Shown: positions 39,934-54,894 of the stretch, in pieces | How the letters are laid out: each line of letters starts with the position of its first letter | Position numbering within the stretch: the stretch's first letter is position 1 | Source: the human T2T-CHM13v2.0 reference genome, Homo sapiens | NCBI RefSeq assembly: GCF_009914755.1 | Contig: NC_060926.1 | Direction: 5' to 3' (one strand) | Length of the DNA stretch: 64,000 bases | Program-made: the position numbers and the translations under genes | The notes under the pieces: model-generated | What the model saw: only the letters and a program-made list of their open reading frames with translations | What the model was told of the DNA's origin: nothing | The model's database searches: none

Positions 39934-42900
39934 GAGGGGATGGAGCAAGATGGCCAAATATAACCCTCCAGTGATCATCCCCCTTGCAGGAACACCAAAT
40001 TAAATAGCTCTCCATACAAGAAAGCACCTTCATAAGAACCGGAAATCAGGTGAACCATCATAGTACCTGGTTTTAACATTATACCAAGGAAGGAGGCACT
40101 GAAGAGGGTAGGAAAGACAGTCTTGAATGGCTGATGCCACCCCTCCCCTATGGAGGAGTGTGGTGCTGAGAGAGAATCTGTGCTTGGGAGAGGGAGAGCA
40201 CAGTGACTATGGCACTTTGTATTGGAACTCAGTGTTTGTTGGTCTGTGTGTCGGAATGGAAAGCAATGCAGGGCACAATTTCACTGGTGCCCACAGAGGC
40301 TGCATTTAGAACAGCCCTAGCCAGAGAAGAATCTTCCATCCTAGCAATTGGAACCTGAGTTCCAGCTAGCCCACCGCTGTGGGCTAAAGTGCTGTAAGCT
40401 CCTAAATAAATTTGAAAGATAGTCTAGGCCACAAGGACTACAATTCCTGGGCACATCCTGGTACTGTGCTGGGCTCAGAGCCAGTGGACCTGGGGTACAC
40501 ATGACCTAGAGAGATACTAGCTGGAGGAGCCAAAGGAGTGCTTGCATCACCCTCTCCCAGTCCCAGGCAGTGCAGCTTACAGCTCTGGGAGAGACTTCTT
40601 CCACTTGAGGAAAGGTGAGGGAAGAGTAAAGAAGACTTTGTCTTGTAGCTTGGATACCAGTGTAGCCACAGTAAAACAAAGCACCAAGCAGAGTCCTAAA
40701 GCCTCCATTTCAGGCCCCACCTCCCAATGACATTTCTAGACATACCATGGGCCGGAAGGGAACCTGCTGTCTTGAGGGAAAGTATCCAGTCCTGGCAGGA
40801 TCTGTCACCTGCTGACAAAAGAATCCTTGGGTCAGTGGTTTCCAGGCAGTACTTGTCATAGGCCTTGGGCAAGACCTGGTACCATGCTGGCTTCAGGTGT
40901 GACCCAGGGCATTTTCAGCTGTGGTGGCCATGGGGAGAGACACCTTCTGCTTGAGGAAAGGAGAGGGAAGAATAAAAAGAACTTTGTCTTGCAACTTGGG
41001 TAACAGCTCAGTCACAGTAAAATAAAGTACTGAGTAGATTCCTACAGTTCGCAACTCCAGGCCCTAGCTCCTTAGACGGCATTTCTGAACTAGCCCTGAG
41101 CCAGAAGAGAACCTGCAGTCTTACAGAGAAATGCACAAGTCTGGCTGGATTCACCACTTGCTGACGGAAGAACCTTTGGGCCTTGAATAAACATGAGTGT
41201 TGGCCAAACAATAGTCACCACATACCTCGGGTGAGACCCAGTACTTCACTGGCTTCACTGGCAGGTCTGACTCAGCACAGTGTCAGTGGGTAGCCACAGG
41301 GGTGCTTGTGTCGTTCCTCCCCCAACTGCATGCAGCTCACTGAGAAGAGAGAGACTTTATGGGAGAAAGTGAGGGAAGAGAACAAGAGACTCTGCCAGGT
41401 AATCCAGGGAATTCTCCCGGATCTTACCCAAGACTACCAAGGCTGTACCTTAACAAGCCTGCAAGAGTCACAGCCTTACTGGGCATGAGGTTCCCCCTAA
41501 TGCAGATATGGCTGGAGTGACCAAAAACTTGTATCACAACATTCAGTTCCCTTTGAATAACTACAACGGCTTCTTAAGACAGATGGGTAGAAACAAGCCC
41601 AGACTGCAGAGATTACAATAAATACCCAACTCTTTAATGCCCAGACATAAACAAGCATCCAAGATCATCCAGGAAAACATGACCTCACCAAACAAACTAA
41701 ATAAGGCATCAGTGACCAATCCCAGATTGACAGAGAGAGATATGTGACCTTTCAGGCAGATAATTCAAATAGCTGTTTTGAGGAAACTCAGTGAAATTCA
41801 AGATAACACAGAAAAGGAATTCAGAATTCTATCAGATAAATTTAACAAAGAGATTGAAATAATTTTTAAAAATTAGCAGGAATCCTAGAGCTGAAAAATT
41901 CAATTGACGTAATGAAGAATGCATCAGAGTCTTTCAACCACAGAATTGATCAAGCAGAAGAAAGAATTAGTGAGCTTGAAGACAGGCTGTTTGAAAATAT
42001 AGTCAGAGGAGACAAGAAAAAAATGAAGCACTCCTAGAAGATCTAGAGTATAGCTTCAAAAGGACAAATCGAAGAGTTATTGGCCTTAAAGAAGAGGTAA
42101 AGAGATGTGGTAGAAAGTTTGTTCAAAGGGATAATAACAGAGAATGTCCCAAACGTAGAGAAAGATATCAATATTCAAGTACAAGAAGGATATAGAACGC
42201 CAAGCAGACTTAACCCAAATAGGACTACCTCAAGATATTGAATAATCAAACTCCCAAATGTCAATGTTAAAGAATCCTAAAAACAGCAAGATAAAAGAAA
42301 CAAATAACATACAAGGGAAATGTCAGTGTTAAAGAATCCTAAAAGCAGCAAGAGAAAAGAAACAAACAACATACAAAGGTGCTTCAGTAAGTCGAAGCAG
42401 ACTTTTCAGCAGACACCTCACAGGCCAGGAGAGAGTGGCATGACATATTTAAAGTGAAGTAAAAATTTTTATCCTAAAATAGTATATCCATGTTTGAAGA
42501 TACCCTTCAAACATGAAGGAGAAATACTTTCCCAGACAAACAAAAGCTGAGGGATTTCACCAGACCTGTCTTATAAGAAATGCTGAAAGGAGTTCTTCAA
42601 TCTGAAAGGAAAAGATGTTAATGAGCAATAAGATAATCATCTGATGGTACACAACTCACTGGTAATGGTATGTACACTAACAAATACGGCATATTATAAC
42701 ACTGAAATTGTTGTGTATAAACTATTCATATCTTTAGTAGGAAGGCTAAAAGACTATCAAAAATGTAACTACAACAACTTTTCTAGACATAATATAGTAA
42801 GCCATAAATAGAAACAACAAAAAGTTAAAAAGCTGGGGGTGGGGGTGGCGGTTTGAAGTTGAAGTATAGAGTTTTTATTAGTTTTCTCTTTGCTTGTTAA

Positions 42901-45900
42901 TTTTTTTTTTTTTTTTACTATCAGTGTTGTCATCAGTTTAAAATAACATGTTACAAGATGGTATTTGCAAACCTCATGGTAACCTCAAATAAAAAAGCCT
43001 ACAACAGATACACAAAGAAATAAAAAGCAAGAAATTTAAACATACCATCAGAGAAAAGCACCCTTCACAAAAAGGAAGGCAGGCAAGAAGGAAGAGAAGA
43101 TCACAAAACAATCAGAAAACAGATTGAAATGGCAATAATAAATCCTTACTTATCAATAATAATATTGAATGTAAATGAACTAAACTCTCCAATCAAAACA
43201 CAGAGTGGCTACATGGATTAAAAAAAAAAAAGCCCCCAATGATCAGCTGCCTACAAGATGCACATTTTACCTATAAAGACCCATAAAGACTGAAAATAAA
43301 GGGTTGGAAAAAGATATTCCATGCAAATGGAAACCAAAAAAGAGCAGGTTATTTATATTAGATAAAACTGATTTTGAGACAAAAACCATAAAAAGACAAA
43401 GAAGGTCATTATATATTGATAAATGGTCAATTGAGCAAGAGGATATAACATTATAAATAATATATGCACCTAAAACTGGAGTACCCAGATATGTAGAGCA
43501 GATATTATCAGAGCTACAGAGAGATACACCTCGGTACAATTCTAGCTGGAGAATTCACCCCACATTCAGCAGAGGATAGAAAATCCAGAAAAATTAACTC
43601 AAAAAATTGGATTTAATCAGTGTAGACCAATGGACCTAATAGAACATTTTATCTAGTGGCAGCAGAACATACATTCTTGTCCTCAGCGCACAGATTATTC
43701 TCAAGGATAGACCACATGTTAAGTCACAAAACAAGTCTGAACATTCAAAAAAACAAATCATTTCCAGTATCTTCTCTGACCACATGGAATAAAACTAGAA
43801 ATCAATAACAAGAGAAACTTTGGAAACTATACAACCACATGGAAATCAAACAATATGCTTCCAGATGACCAGTGGGTCAATGAAGAAGTAAGGAAATTTT
43901 TTAATTTCTTGAAACAAATGAAAATGGAAACAAAACATACTAAAATCTATCGATACAGCGAAAGCAGTACTGAGGAAAGTTTATAGCAATAAGCACCTAC
44001 ATCACAAAAGTAGAACAATTTCAGATAAACAGCCTAATGATGCATCTTAAGGAACTAGAAAAGCAAGAGCAAACTAAACCCAAAATTAGTAGAAGAAAAG
44101 AAATAATAAAGATCAGAGCAGAAATAAAGGAAATTGAAACCAAAAAATACAAAAGATCAATAAAATAAAAAGTTGCTTTGTGAAAAGATAAACAAAATGG
44201 ACAAACCTTTGGCCAGATTAAGAAAAAAGAGAAGACTCAAATAAATAAAATTGTAGATGAAAAAGGAGACTTATAACTGATACTGCAAAAATCAAAGGAT
44301 CATTAAGGATTAGTATGAGCAACTATATGCCAATAAATTGGAAAACATTGAAGAAATGGATGAATTCCTAGACACATGCAGCCTACCAGGACTGAACCAA
44401 GAAGGAATCCAAAACCTGAATAGACCAATAACAAGTAACAAGATCGAAGCTGTAATAAAAAGTCTCCCAGCAAAGAAAAGCCCAGGACCTGATGGCTTCA
44501 CTGCTGAATTTTACCAAATATTTAAAGAAGAACTAATACCTATCCTACTCAAACTATTCCAAAAAATAGAGGAGGAAAGAATATTTCCAAATTCATTTTA
44601 TGAGATCAGTATTACCCTGATAACAAAACCAGACAAAGATACCTCAAAAAAGGAAAACTGTAGACCAGTATCTCTGATGAATACTGATGCAAAAATCTTC
44701 AATAAAATACTAGCAAACTGAATTCAACAACATATTAAAAAGATAAGTCATCACGTCCAAGTGGGATTTATCCCAGGATGTAATAAGGATGGGTTAGCAC
44801 ATGTAAATCAATCAAGGGTGATACATTATATCAGCAGAATGAAGGACAAAAACCATATGATCATTTCAATTGATGCTGAAAAAACATTTGATAAAGTTCA
44901 ATATCCCTTTGTGATTAAGAAAAAAAAACTAAAAAAACTGGGTATAGATGGAACATACCTCAGCACACTAAAAGCCATGTTATGACAGACCCACAGCTAG
45001 TATCATGCCTGAAAGCCTCCTTTAAGATCTGGAAAAAGGCAAGGATGCCCACTTTCACTGCTGTTATTCAGTGTAGTACTGGAAGACCTAGCTAGAGCAA
45101 TCAGACAAGAGAATGAAATAAAGGGCATCTAAATTGGAAAGGAAGAATTCAAATTATCATCAGATGATACTATTTTATATTTGGAAAAAACTAAAGAAAA
45201 AGAAAAACAATTAGAACTAATAAATTCAGTAAAGTGGCAGGATACAGATCAACATACAAAAATCAGTAGCATTTCTACATGCCAACAGCAAACAAACTGA
45301 AGAAAAAATCAGGAAAGTAATCCCATTTACAATAGCCACAAATAAAATGAAATACCTAAGAATAAAAATAATCAAAGAAGTGAAAGATTTCTGCAATGAA
45401 AACTACAAAATAATGGTATGAGATATCGAAGAGGACACAAAATTTGAAAGATATTCCATGTTCATGGATTAGAAGACTCAGTATTGATTCAATGTCCATA
45501 CTTCCCAAAGCAGTTTGCCAATTCAATTTAATCCCTATCAAAATACCAATGATATTCTTCAAAGAAATAGAAAAAAATAATCTAAAATTTATATGGAACC
45601 ACAAAAGACTCAGAATAGCCAAAGCCGTCCTGAGAAGAAAAAACGAAACTTTAGAACTCATAGTACCTGACTTCAAATTATACTACAGAGCTATAGTAAC
45701 CAAAACTCATGGTATTAGCATAAAAACAGACACATAGACCAATGTAACAGAATAGAGAAGCCAGAAATAAATCCATACATCTGCAGTGAGCTTACTTTTG
45801 ACAAAGGTGCCAAGAACATACACTGGGGAAAGGACAGTCTCTTCAATAAATGGTGCTAGGAAAACTGGATTTCCATATGCAGAAGAATGAAACTTCTATC

Positions 45901-47208
45901 TCTGCCATATACAAAAATCAAATGAAAATGGATTAAAGACTTAAATCTAAGGTCTCAAACTATGAAACCACTAAAAGAAAATATTGGAGCAACTCTCTAA
46001 AACATCAGTCTATGCAAAGATTTCTTGAATAATATCCCAAAAGCATAGGCAACCAAAGCAAAAATAGACAAATGAGATCACATCAAGTTAAAAAGTTCCT
46101 GCACAGCAAAGGAAACAATCAACAAAGTGAAGAGATGACCCACAGAATGGTAGAAAATATCTGCAAATTACCCATCTGACAATGGACTAATAACCAGAAT
46201 ATATAAAGAGCTCAGACAACTCAATAGGAAAAAAATCTGATAATCTGATTTTAAAATGGGCAAAAAATCTGAATAGACATTTCCCAAAAGAAGACATACA
46301 AATGGCAAACAAGTTTATGAAAAGGTGCTCAACATCACTGATCATCAGAGAAATGCCAATCAAAACTCCAGTGAGATATCATCTCACCCCAGTTATAATG
46401 GCTTTTATCCAAAAGACAGGCAATAATGAATGCTGACGAGGATGTGGAGAGAAAGGAACCCTTGTACACTGTTGGTGGGAATGTAAATTAGTACAGAAGT
46501 ACAGAGTGCCTCAAAAACCCAAAAATGGAACGATCATATGATCCAGCAATCCTACTGCTAGATAATATGCCCAAAAGAAAGGAAATCAGTATATCGAAGA
46601 GATATCTGCACTCCCATGTTTATTGTGGCACTGTTCACAGTAGCCAAGATTTGGAATCAACCTAAATATCTATCAACAGATGAATAGATAAAGAAAATCT
46701 GGTACATATACACAATGAAGTACTATTCGGCCATAAAAAGAATGAGATACTATCATTTGCAACAACATGGATGGAACTGGAGGACACTATATTAAGAGAA
46801 GCCAGGCACAGAAAGACAAACTTGGTATGTTCTCATTTATGGGAGCCAAAAAACGAAGAATTAAACTTGCGGAGATAGATGGTTACCAGATGGGAAGGGT
46901 AGTATGGAGGGTGTGGGGAAAAGTGGGTATGGTTAATGGCTACAAAAGTATAGTTAGAGTGATAGAATGGGTAAGAGATAGCATTTGATAGCATAACAGG
47001 GTGACTACAGTCAATAACTTACTGTACATTTAAAAATAACGGTATAATTGGAATGTTTGTACACAAGAAATGATAAATGTTTGAGGTGATGGATACTCCA
47101 TTTACCCTGATGTGATGATTACACATTGTATGCCTGTATCTACATATCTCGTGTACCCCATAAATGTATACAAGTACTATGTACCCATAAAAATAGAAAA
47201 GATTTTTT
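39934..47208 (+). mobile_element. Full-length (about 7.3 kb) decayed L1, L1MA1/2-like, sense to EPB41L5
   Basis: 5' gagcaagatggcc; ORF1-like region about 41700-42620; ORF2 remnants (ORFs 44338-44721 and 45444-45737); L1MA-type 3'UTR. TSD AAGAATAGAAGGAAG (39919-39933) versus AAGAAAAGAAGGAAG (47209-47223). Confidence 0.92.
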
Positions 47209-47290
47209 AAGAAAAGAAGGAAGAATTCAGTATTGTACTACTAATAAAGGACATCTGACTACCTTGCCTTAACTCTAGTCAACTTGAGTA

Positions 47291-47525
47291 GAAGTTGAGC
47301 CCCCCGATCTGAAAATTTAAAATTCAAAATGATCCAGAATCTAATACTTTTTGAGCACTGATGTGATGCACAAAGGACATGCTCATTGGAGCATTTTTTA
47401 TTTTGGATTTTCGTATTTGGAATGCTCAACCAGTGTATAATGCATATATCCCAAAATCTGAAAAAATACAAAATCTGAAATACTTTTAGTCCCAAGCACT
47501 TTGGAAAAGGGATGCACAACCTGTA
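47291..47525 (+). mobile_element. Tigger4a/MER46-like element
   Basis: gttgagc...atctgaaaat...ggacatgctcattggagcattt...aagggatgcacaacctgta. Confidence 0.75.
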
Positions 47526-49307
47526 TTGTGAAAAAGTTGATTCATGTTTTATTAATGTGATGCATTTTTAATAAAGGCTGATTTCTCTACCTCTGCTATC
47601 AACAGTTGTTGTTTGCTTAAGGAATGCAAATTAATCTTAATGTTGGCCTGACTAAAGTAATTTTAGGAAGAAAACCTACTGAAAATAAAATACGTCATTC
47701 TAAAGTAAAGCATGATTTGTTGGATGACTTGCCCTAAGAACTGAGAATGTCTTAGCCAGCAACCTAATCTTAAGGCTCAGACTAGCACTACTGACAGCAG
47801 AGTTGACAGTGTTGTAAGAGCCCATTGTAGAGAGATCACATCCGGCCTGCATTATGCAGGATTTATACAGTCACCTGACATGCCTTATGTACTGTTGGTT
47901 CAGTTCTAAAAATGTGTTTATTGCCTACTTTTTGTAAGATAAAATAAATACTGTGTGGAATTCGCAGACGAGTGGAATGACAAGTTCTTGACCCTCAGGA
48001 AACTTTAGCCCTGTCTAAATCCCACAGAAGTTAATATTGCAAATGGCCATCTCCAGTGACCACTTTCTTTCCCAGGTCTATTATGCTAATTGAATTTTCA
48101 GATGATAACAGCTGGGAAGTACAGTTTTTGAAAGACAAAATCAGGATCCATGAAGGCTTGGATAGATTGGAATGACAGACTGGGTTTAAGAACATAGACT
48201 TTGACAAATCATAAGTACAGGGCTAGGGTAGGGGACTAGAATATCACAGCAGCATGTATTTAAAAAGTAAGAATATGTAAATGAAGTATGAATCAGCTGC
48301 CAAAGAGTTATGTTGTCTTAATTCAAAGGGTTCAAAAGGGGAGGTTCAACTATTTTTTTCATTTCTGGATAGCACTCTAAAAATGATATAGAAAAGTGGC
48401 AGTTTGAGAAGAGAAGGATCTGTATGGTGAAGGGTCTTGAAACTAAGTTACAATTTGGGATTATTAGCTAGATGATTGCCACGTAGAAATCTCAGGAGAG
48501 AGCATGTTAACCATCTTTAGATATATGAAGAGCTATTATGTGAAAGAGGAATTAATGTGACTTGCTTTTTAATGGCCTCAGGGAAGAGTTAAGGTCAATG
48601 AATATGTTAGAGGTATGCAGATTTGACCTTAACACAGGAAAGTGTTTCCTAACAGTCATCTGACCAAGGAAGTAGCAAGTTTTCCAGTGTGTGATGTTTC
48701 TCAGGCTAAGACTAAAAATTACCCACCTCTTGAAGTATTTTGGTGGTTGGATGGACTCTTGTAACTTCCAACTTTGAGATGCCGTGATTCTAGGAGTTGT
48801 CAAGATTCTTCTCTTTCTTCATCCCTCCTCTCTGCAACTTAGTCTCTGTGCTTTCTTTTTTTTTAAAAAAAAAAAAAAACAAGGTAAAATATACATATAT
48901 AATTTACCATCTTGACCATTTTTAAGTGTATCGTTCAGTGGTAATAAATACATTTATATTATTTATTTGTCTCCTTCATTATCCCCTTCCAGACTTCGGT
49001 TTTCTCTTGACCTATGTCTGAAATCCTTTAGGATTTATGACCTATCAAGATCTATAGATTTTTGAATTACTTCCTTCCCCTTAATTTCCTAAGGCAATCC
49101 AGAATGTTCTTTATCTTCAAATTTTATTTCAGGAATCAGTTTTTCTTGTTCTTTGATGAGCAGTACTTTGTTTTAAAAGCATAAAGGAACAGAATCTCAA
49201 CTGCATTCAGCGAGGACAGTGGGTGCAATTAAGGCATGTGTGAGCTTTAGCAACTAGTATTTTTGGGCTAAAAGATGAAAAGTAGGGCATGAAGTCTATT
49301 CTCTTGA

Positions 49308-49530
49308 CCAGAGGTTGGCAGATTATTTTAGTAAATATTAGTAAATAGTAAAGGACCAGATAGTAAATATTTTAGTCTTGGAGAACCTCGTAGTCTCTTT
49401 CACAGCTACTTAGCTCTGCCAGTTGTAGCATGAAAGCGGCACAGAGGAATGAATATGGCTGAATTCCAGCAAACTGTGTTTATACAACAGGTGGTTGGCC
49501 AGATTTGCCCTTTGGGTTATAGTTTGCTAC
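49308..49530 (+). mobile_element. MER58A-like hAT element
   Basis: cagaggttggca...taaaggaccagatagtaaatattttag...tagtttgct. Confidence 0.7.
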
Positions 49531-49747
49531 AATTTTAGGTTAGGCCCTACAGAGGCTGTTCCTTTTAAATCCAAAGCTCTTCACAGATAGATGACTTTAA
49601 GAATTGCTTATGCCTGAAATAAGATATGGCTGCTTAAGACACATGATTTCCTGATTGTCTGCAGATGAACTTTCATCAGTCTATTTCCTATTTCCATATA
49701 ACTATAGTGCATCAGAGTTGATTATAGTATATTTTTAAAATATCTAG

Positions 49748-49876
49748 GAGGAAGTGGTGAAGTTGACTGAGAAATGCCTTAATAATGTCATTGAGAGCCC
49801 AGGATTGAATGTCATGAGAGTTCCTCCTGACTTCAAGAGTAACATTTTGAAGGCTCAAGTAGAAGCAGTGCATAAG
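49748..49876 (+). CDS. EPB41L5: EPB41L5 long-isoform exon, 129 nt, EEVVKLTEKCLNNVIESPGLNVMRVPPDFKSNILKAQVEAVHK
   Basis: Acceptor tatctAG with a poor pyrimidine tract, and donor AAG|GTAAGC. Phase 0-0; the peptide matches the recalled protein. Confidence 0.95.
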
Positions 49877-50597
49877 GTAAGCTGCCTTTGATAGATAGCC
49901 CTGGTGAAGTGAAATGAGCATGGGATGTAGAGAGTTGCCTTCCCCAACTCTAAATTCTAATCAAGCTAGATTAATGGTGCAGTCAGGGAGTTAAAAAATA
50001 AGAGTAAAGATGCTCAGGGGGATACGAAGGCTAAAAAAGCCAAATTTGTATAGAAGTGAGCCTTCAATGTTTGCCACTTTGATAGCCAGAAAGCCTTGTG
50101 ATTTTTAAAGCCTTATTTCAGTATTAAATCTATGATTCTAGGTCTGTCTTTATCCATCCACTATTCCCCACAACCCATCTACCCTCAATTTGGCGATATG
50201 TTTATGTAATTAGCAAAAAGAGTGAGGTACAAGGTGAAGAGTTGGCTGTGCCATGGTGAAGGATGGAGGGGGTAGGGACTAGCTTCCATGAGAGATGCGG
50301 CAGCCTTGTTCTCAAAATCAGCTTTTCCTTGGCTCTCCGTGACTTTCAAACTTACATTCTGTCCTAAAACCAGGACAGAAGCCTGCCTCACTAAGTCAGT
50401 TGTCAACTAGGATTTCAAATTCACCTGTTATGGAGAAGATGCAGTTTACCCATCCTGTCCTCAGGTACAAGCCTTGAAGAGACCTGATTGGACTTTAGGA
50501 ATATTGTTCATGTTCTTTTTCCATTTTCTCCCCAGAATATAAACATGTTTTACAACATATTTACATATAAAATAAATATAAAATATGATAGTATTGA

Positions 50598-50800
50598 CTC
50601 TAGAATCTCATTTCTGTTCTACCACCTACTAGCTTTGTGACTTGGGCAAGTTAGTTGATTTCTCTGAGCCACAGTTTAATTATGTATAAAATAGGATAAT
50701 GGTAGTACCTACCTTAAGGTGGGTTGTAAAGGTGAAATAAGATAATTAAAGGACATGGAATAGTGCCTGGCACATAATGAGCATTTAGAAAGTGTTGACC
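50598..50800 (+). mobile_element. MIR
   Basis: MIR core gtgacttgggcaagttag...tctctgagcc...agtgcctggcacata. Confidence 0.8.
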
Positions 50801-50840
50801 CTCAATAGTTATAGTAGCAGTAGTAGTAATAGTTATTATT

Positions 50841-51180
50841 TGCTATGGTCTGAATGGTTGCATACCCCCGCAAAATTTTTATGTTGAAACCTAATCCCCA
50901 AAGCCATGGTATTAACAGATGGGGCCTTTGGTAGAGCCCCCAAGAGTAGGATTAGTGCTCTTATAAAAGAGCCTGGAGGGAACTTATTTAACCCTTCAAC
51001 CATGTGAGGATGCAGTGAGAAGGCGCCATCTATGAGGAATGGGCCCTCACCAAGCACTAATTCTGCCAGTGCCATAATCTTCTGTTTCTCAGCCCCCAGA
51101 ACTGTGAGGAATAAATATTTGTTATTTATAGGCCACTCAGATTATGTTGTTTTGTTAGAACAGCCTGAATGGACTAAGAA
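50841..51180 (+). mobile_element. MLT1A-like MaLR solo LTR
   Basis: tgctatggtctgaatg...gttgaaacctaatcccc...cagcctgaatggactaaga. Confidence 0.82.
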
Positions 51181-51309
51181 ATCATTACCTTACATTTCAG
51201 TTATCATTTTGGATCTTTCTTGACTTGAGGAATAGAGAAGTAACATGAGTAACCCTAAAGTAAAGGGATTTGATTTTATAGTGAAAAGACCTTCTCATGA
51301 AGAGAAATC

Positions 51310-52400
51310 CAGGATCAAATACCTTCATTGTGAAATCTACTAAACATTTATGGAAGAAATATTAGCAGTTCTACAAAGTTTTTCAAAAAGATAGAAGAGG
51401 AAGGAACACTTCCCAATTCATCTTATGAGACTAGTGTCACCCCAGTACCAAAACCAGAAAAAAAATACAAGAAACTACAGACCACTACTCCTCTTGAACA
51501 TTAACTTAAAAGTTCTTAACAAAATATATTCAAAACTTTATAAGTAGGATCATACATCATGACCAAGTAGGGTTTATCTTGGGGAAAATGTTGGTTTATC
51601 ATTCAAAACCCAAGATAGTTCACCATATTAAAAAATACATAAAATTGTCTCAATTCATGTAGAAAAGCATTTCACAAAATTCAACACCTGTTCATGATAA
51701 AAACTCTCAGCAAACTAGCAAAAGAATGAAACTCCTTCACTTTGATAAAGAGCATTTATGAACAAAATCTACAACATCATAATTAATGATGAAAGCCACA
51801 TCCACTGAAATAGCTAAAATTAAACACTGACCATCCCTGTGCTGGTGATGATAGAGCTCCTGTGGTGCACATACATTGCTGGTAAGAACATAAAATTGTA
51901 TAAACACTTTAAAAGAGTTTGGCAATGCATCAGACATACACATATCATCTAACCCGCAATTACATTCTTAGATATTTGCCCAAGAGAAATCAAAACTCAG
52001 GTTAACACAGATGTTAGTACATGAATGTTCCTAGCAGCTTTATATGAAATAGCTAAAAACAGATGATTGTGATGTATCTATACAATGAAATGTCTGAATA
52101 AAAAGGAATAAATTAGTGATTTGTACAACAACATGAGTGAATCTCAAAGACATCTCCATGCTGCTCTAAAGAAGCAGATGGAAAGGATAGGTACTGTGAT
52201 TCCAATTATATGAAACTGTGTAAAGTATAGATCATCATTTACCTCAAATAAGGGTTTTTTCATGGGATTATGTGGGAAGCCTCAAGGGAATATTGAGGCG
52301 GGGAGTGGGGGAGATAGTAGAAATGTTACATGATGTTGGCTAAACACTTGTATGCCTTTAAAAAAATTTATTGAACTGTACTTTAAAAAAAATTGGTGCA
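51310..52400 (+). mobile_element. Old L1 fragments (ORF2 piece joined to 3'UTR)
   Basis: gaggaaggaacacttcccaattcatcttatgag; aaaattcaacacctgttcatgataaaaactctc. Confidence 0.7.
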
Positions 52401-52407
52401 TTATTGA

Positions 52408-52728
<321 letters not shown>

Positions 52729-52968
52729 CTAGTAAGATTGTGTGAATTTGTATACCAAATAAAAAAAGGAATCTTTGATTATTAATTTAGGTATGGGGTA
52801 AGATTGTACTAGGTACACTGCTGGTATTTCCATAGATAAGGTATGATTACCTCTTATTTTAATTAAAGCAAACTGATATTTCTGTTGTTACCAGAAAGAA
52901 ATGTAAATTTCTTGTTACTTTAGTATCCTCAATAAAGATTTACTTTTTTTAATATTTCATTTTCTTAG

Positions 52969-53033
52969 GTTACAAAAGAAGATAGCTTATTAAGTCATAA
53001 AAATGCCAATGTTCAGGATGCTGCCACAAACAG
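52969..53033 (+). CDS. EPB41L5: EPB41L5 long-isoform exon, 65 nt, VTKEDSLLSHKNANVQDAATN(S)
   Basis: Acceptor tttcattttcttAG and donor CAG|GTACAG. In frame. Confidence 0.95.
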
Positions 53034-53810
53034 GTACAGTTCTGGGTAGACTGAATTAAATTGATGTTCTTATCTATCTTTGTCTTTTTTTTCTTCTCAG
53101 TCTGTCACCACATGGTTTCAGGATGTCTGTCTGAAAGATAGCTTGAATTCACTCTATTGTATCCATTACAGACCACTTAGTACCTAGTTTTATATTATTT
53201 GAAGATGTTCCTAATTAGTCTCCCAACATTCCCATTTATCTTCAACTGATTCGAACCAACAGAGCAGAAACCGTCTTAAAGATATGTGTGATCTTTTCAG
53301 TCACCTGGTAAGGAGTGTGTATTATTCTCTTACAGTAAACTTTCATGTCATCCTGTTATCACAATGGCCTTGTTCTTATCAACTTACTTGCCATGGGTTC
53401 TCACAGTAATGTAGTTAACTTTCTTTGCTGCTCCCTCCAAGTCTCTTCTGCCCTTGCTCCCTTTAATGAGTATTTTGGCATTTATTTGTCTTGTTAGTTA
53501 GGCTTTTATTCCATGCTTTATGGCCATTGACTTTCTTCACCACTGTGAATCTAATGTTCTGTGCTTAGTGTTAAAAAATGTTGAGCAAATAAATGCTGTT
53601 TCTTTTTTTACTGTTCAAAACTGATTCAGTCAAGGAATATGATTGTGATTAATCATATTCAGTTCCAGATACCGCAGTCAACATGGCACCACACATAGTA
53701 TGCATAGTGTATAGCACTTTATATTATAATAGTTAGTACTCAGCAAAAGTACTAATTGGTGATCAGGGTAAAGCTAGAATTACAACTTGACCTTGTAACT
53801 AATGCTAATT

Positions 53811-54458
<648 letters not shown>

Positions 54459-54894
54459 TCAGAATAAAATTTTTTGTTTGCCAGGAGAAGGGTAATGGGA
54501 ACAGGACTGCCCAATGTTCATCAGAAGTTTCATTGAACTCTTGAAGCTGGAAAGAGCCTAGAGCATACATGCAGATTTATTTTTCTAAATGCCTGTTCAT
54601 ATTTTGAAGAATCTATTTTTCCCCTAGGATTTCAAATGCATCCTTTGAAATATACTAGGTTCTTATATAAACATGGGTGTATTTCTAGATCTTTTCCTTC
54701 TCTTTTAATCTATTTTCCCCATGCTATACAACACTGTTCTGTTTTACTGTACCTCCTTTTTGAAAATGCAGTATTTTAGGCACAGAGACACTATGGAGAA
54801 GTATATAATATACTGTATATAGTATACCTGTATACCAAATATCAAGCTTTGTCACATCTTAACATTTTACCATAATAGATTTAGATCATTTTTC

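Noticed and set aside
44338-45737. Reverse-transcriptase-like ORFs
   Set aside because: Fragments of the decayed L1 ORF2, broken by stops and frameshifts; not an active RT or retron-like system.
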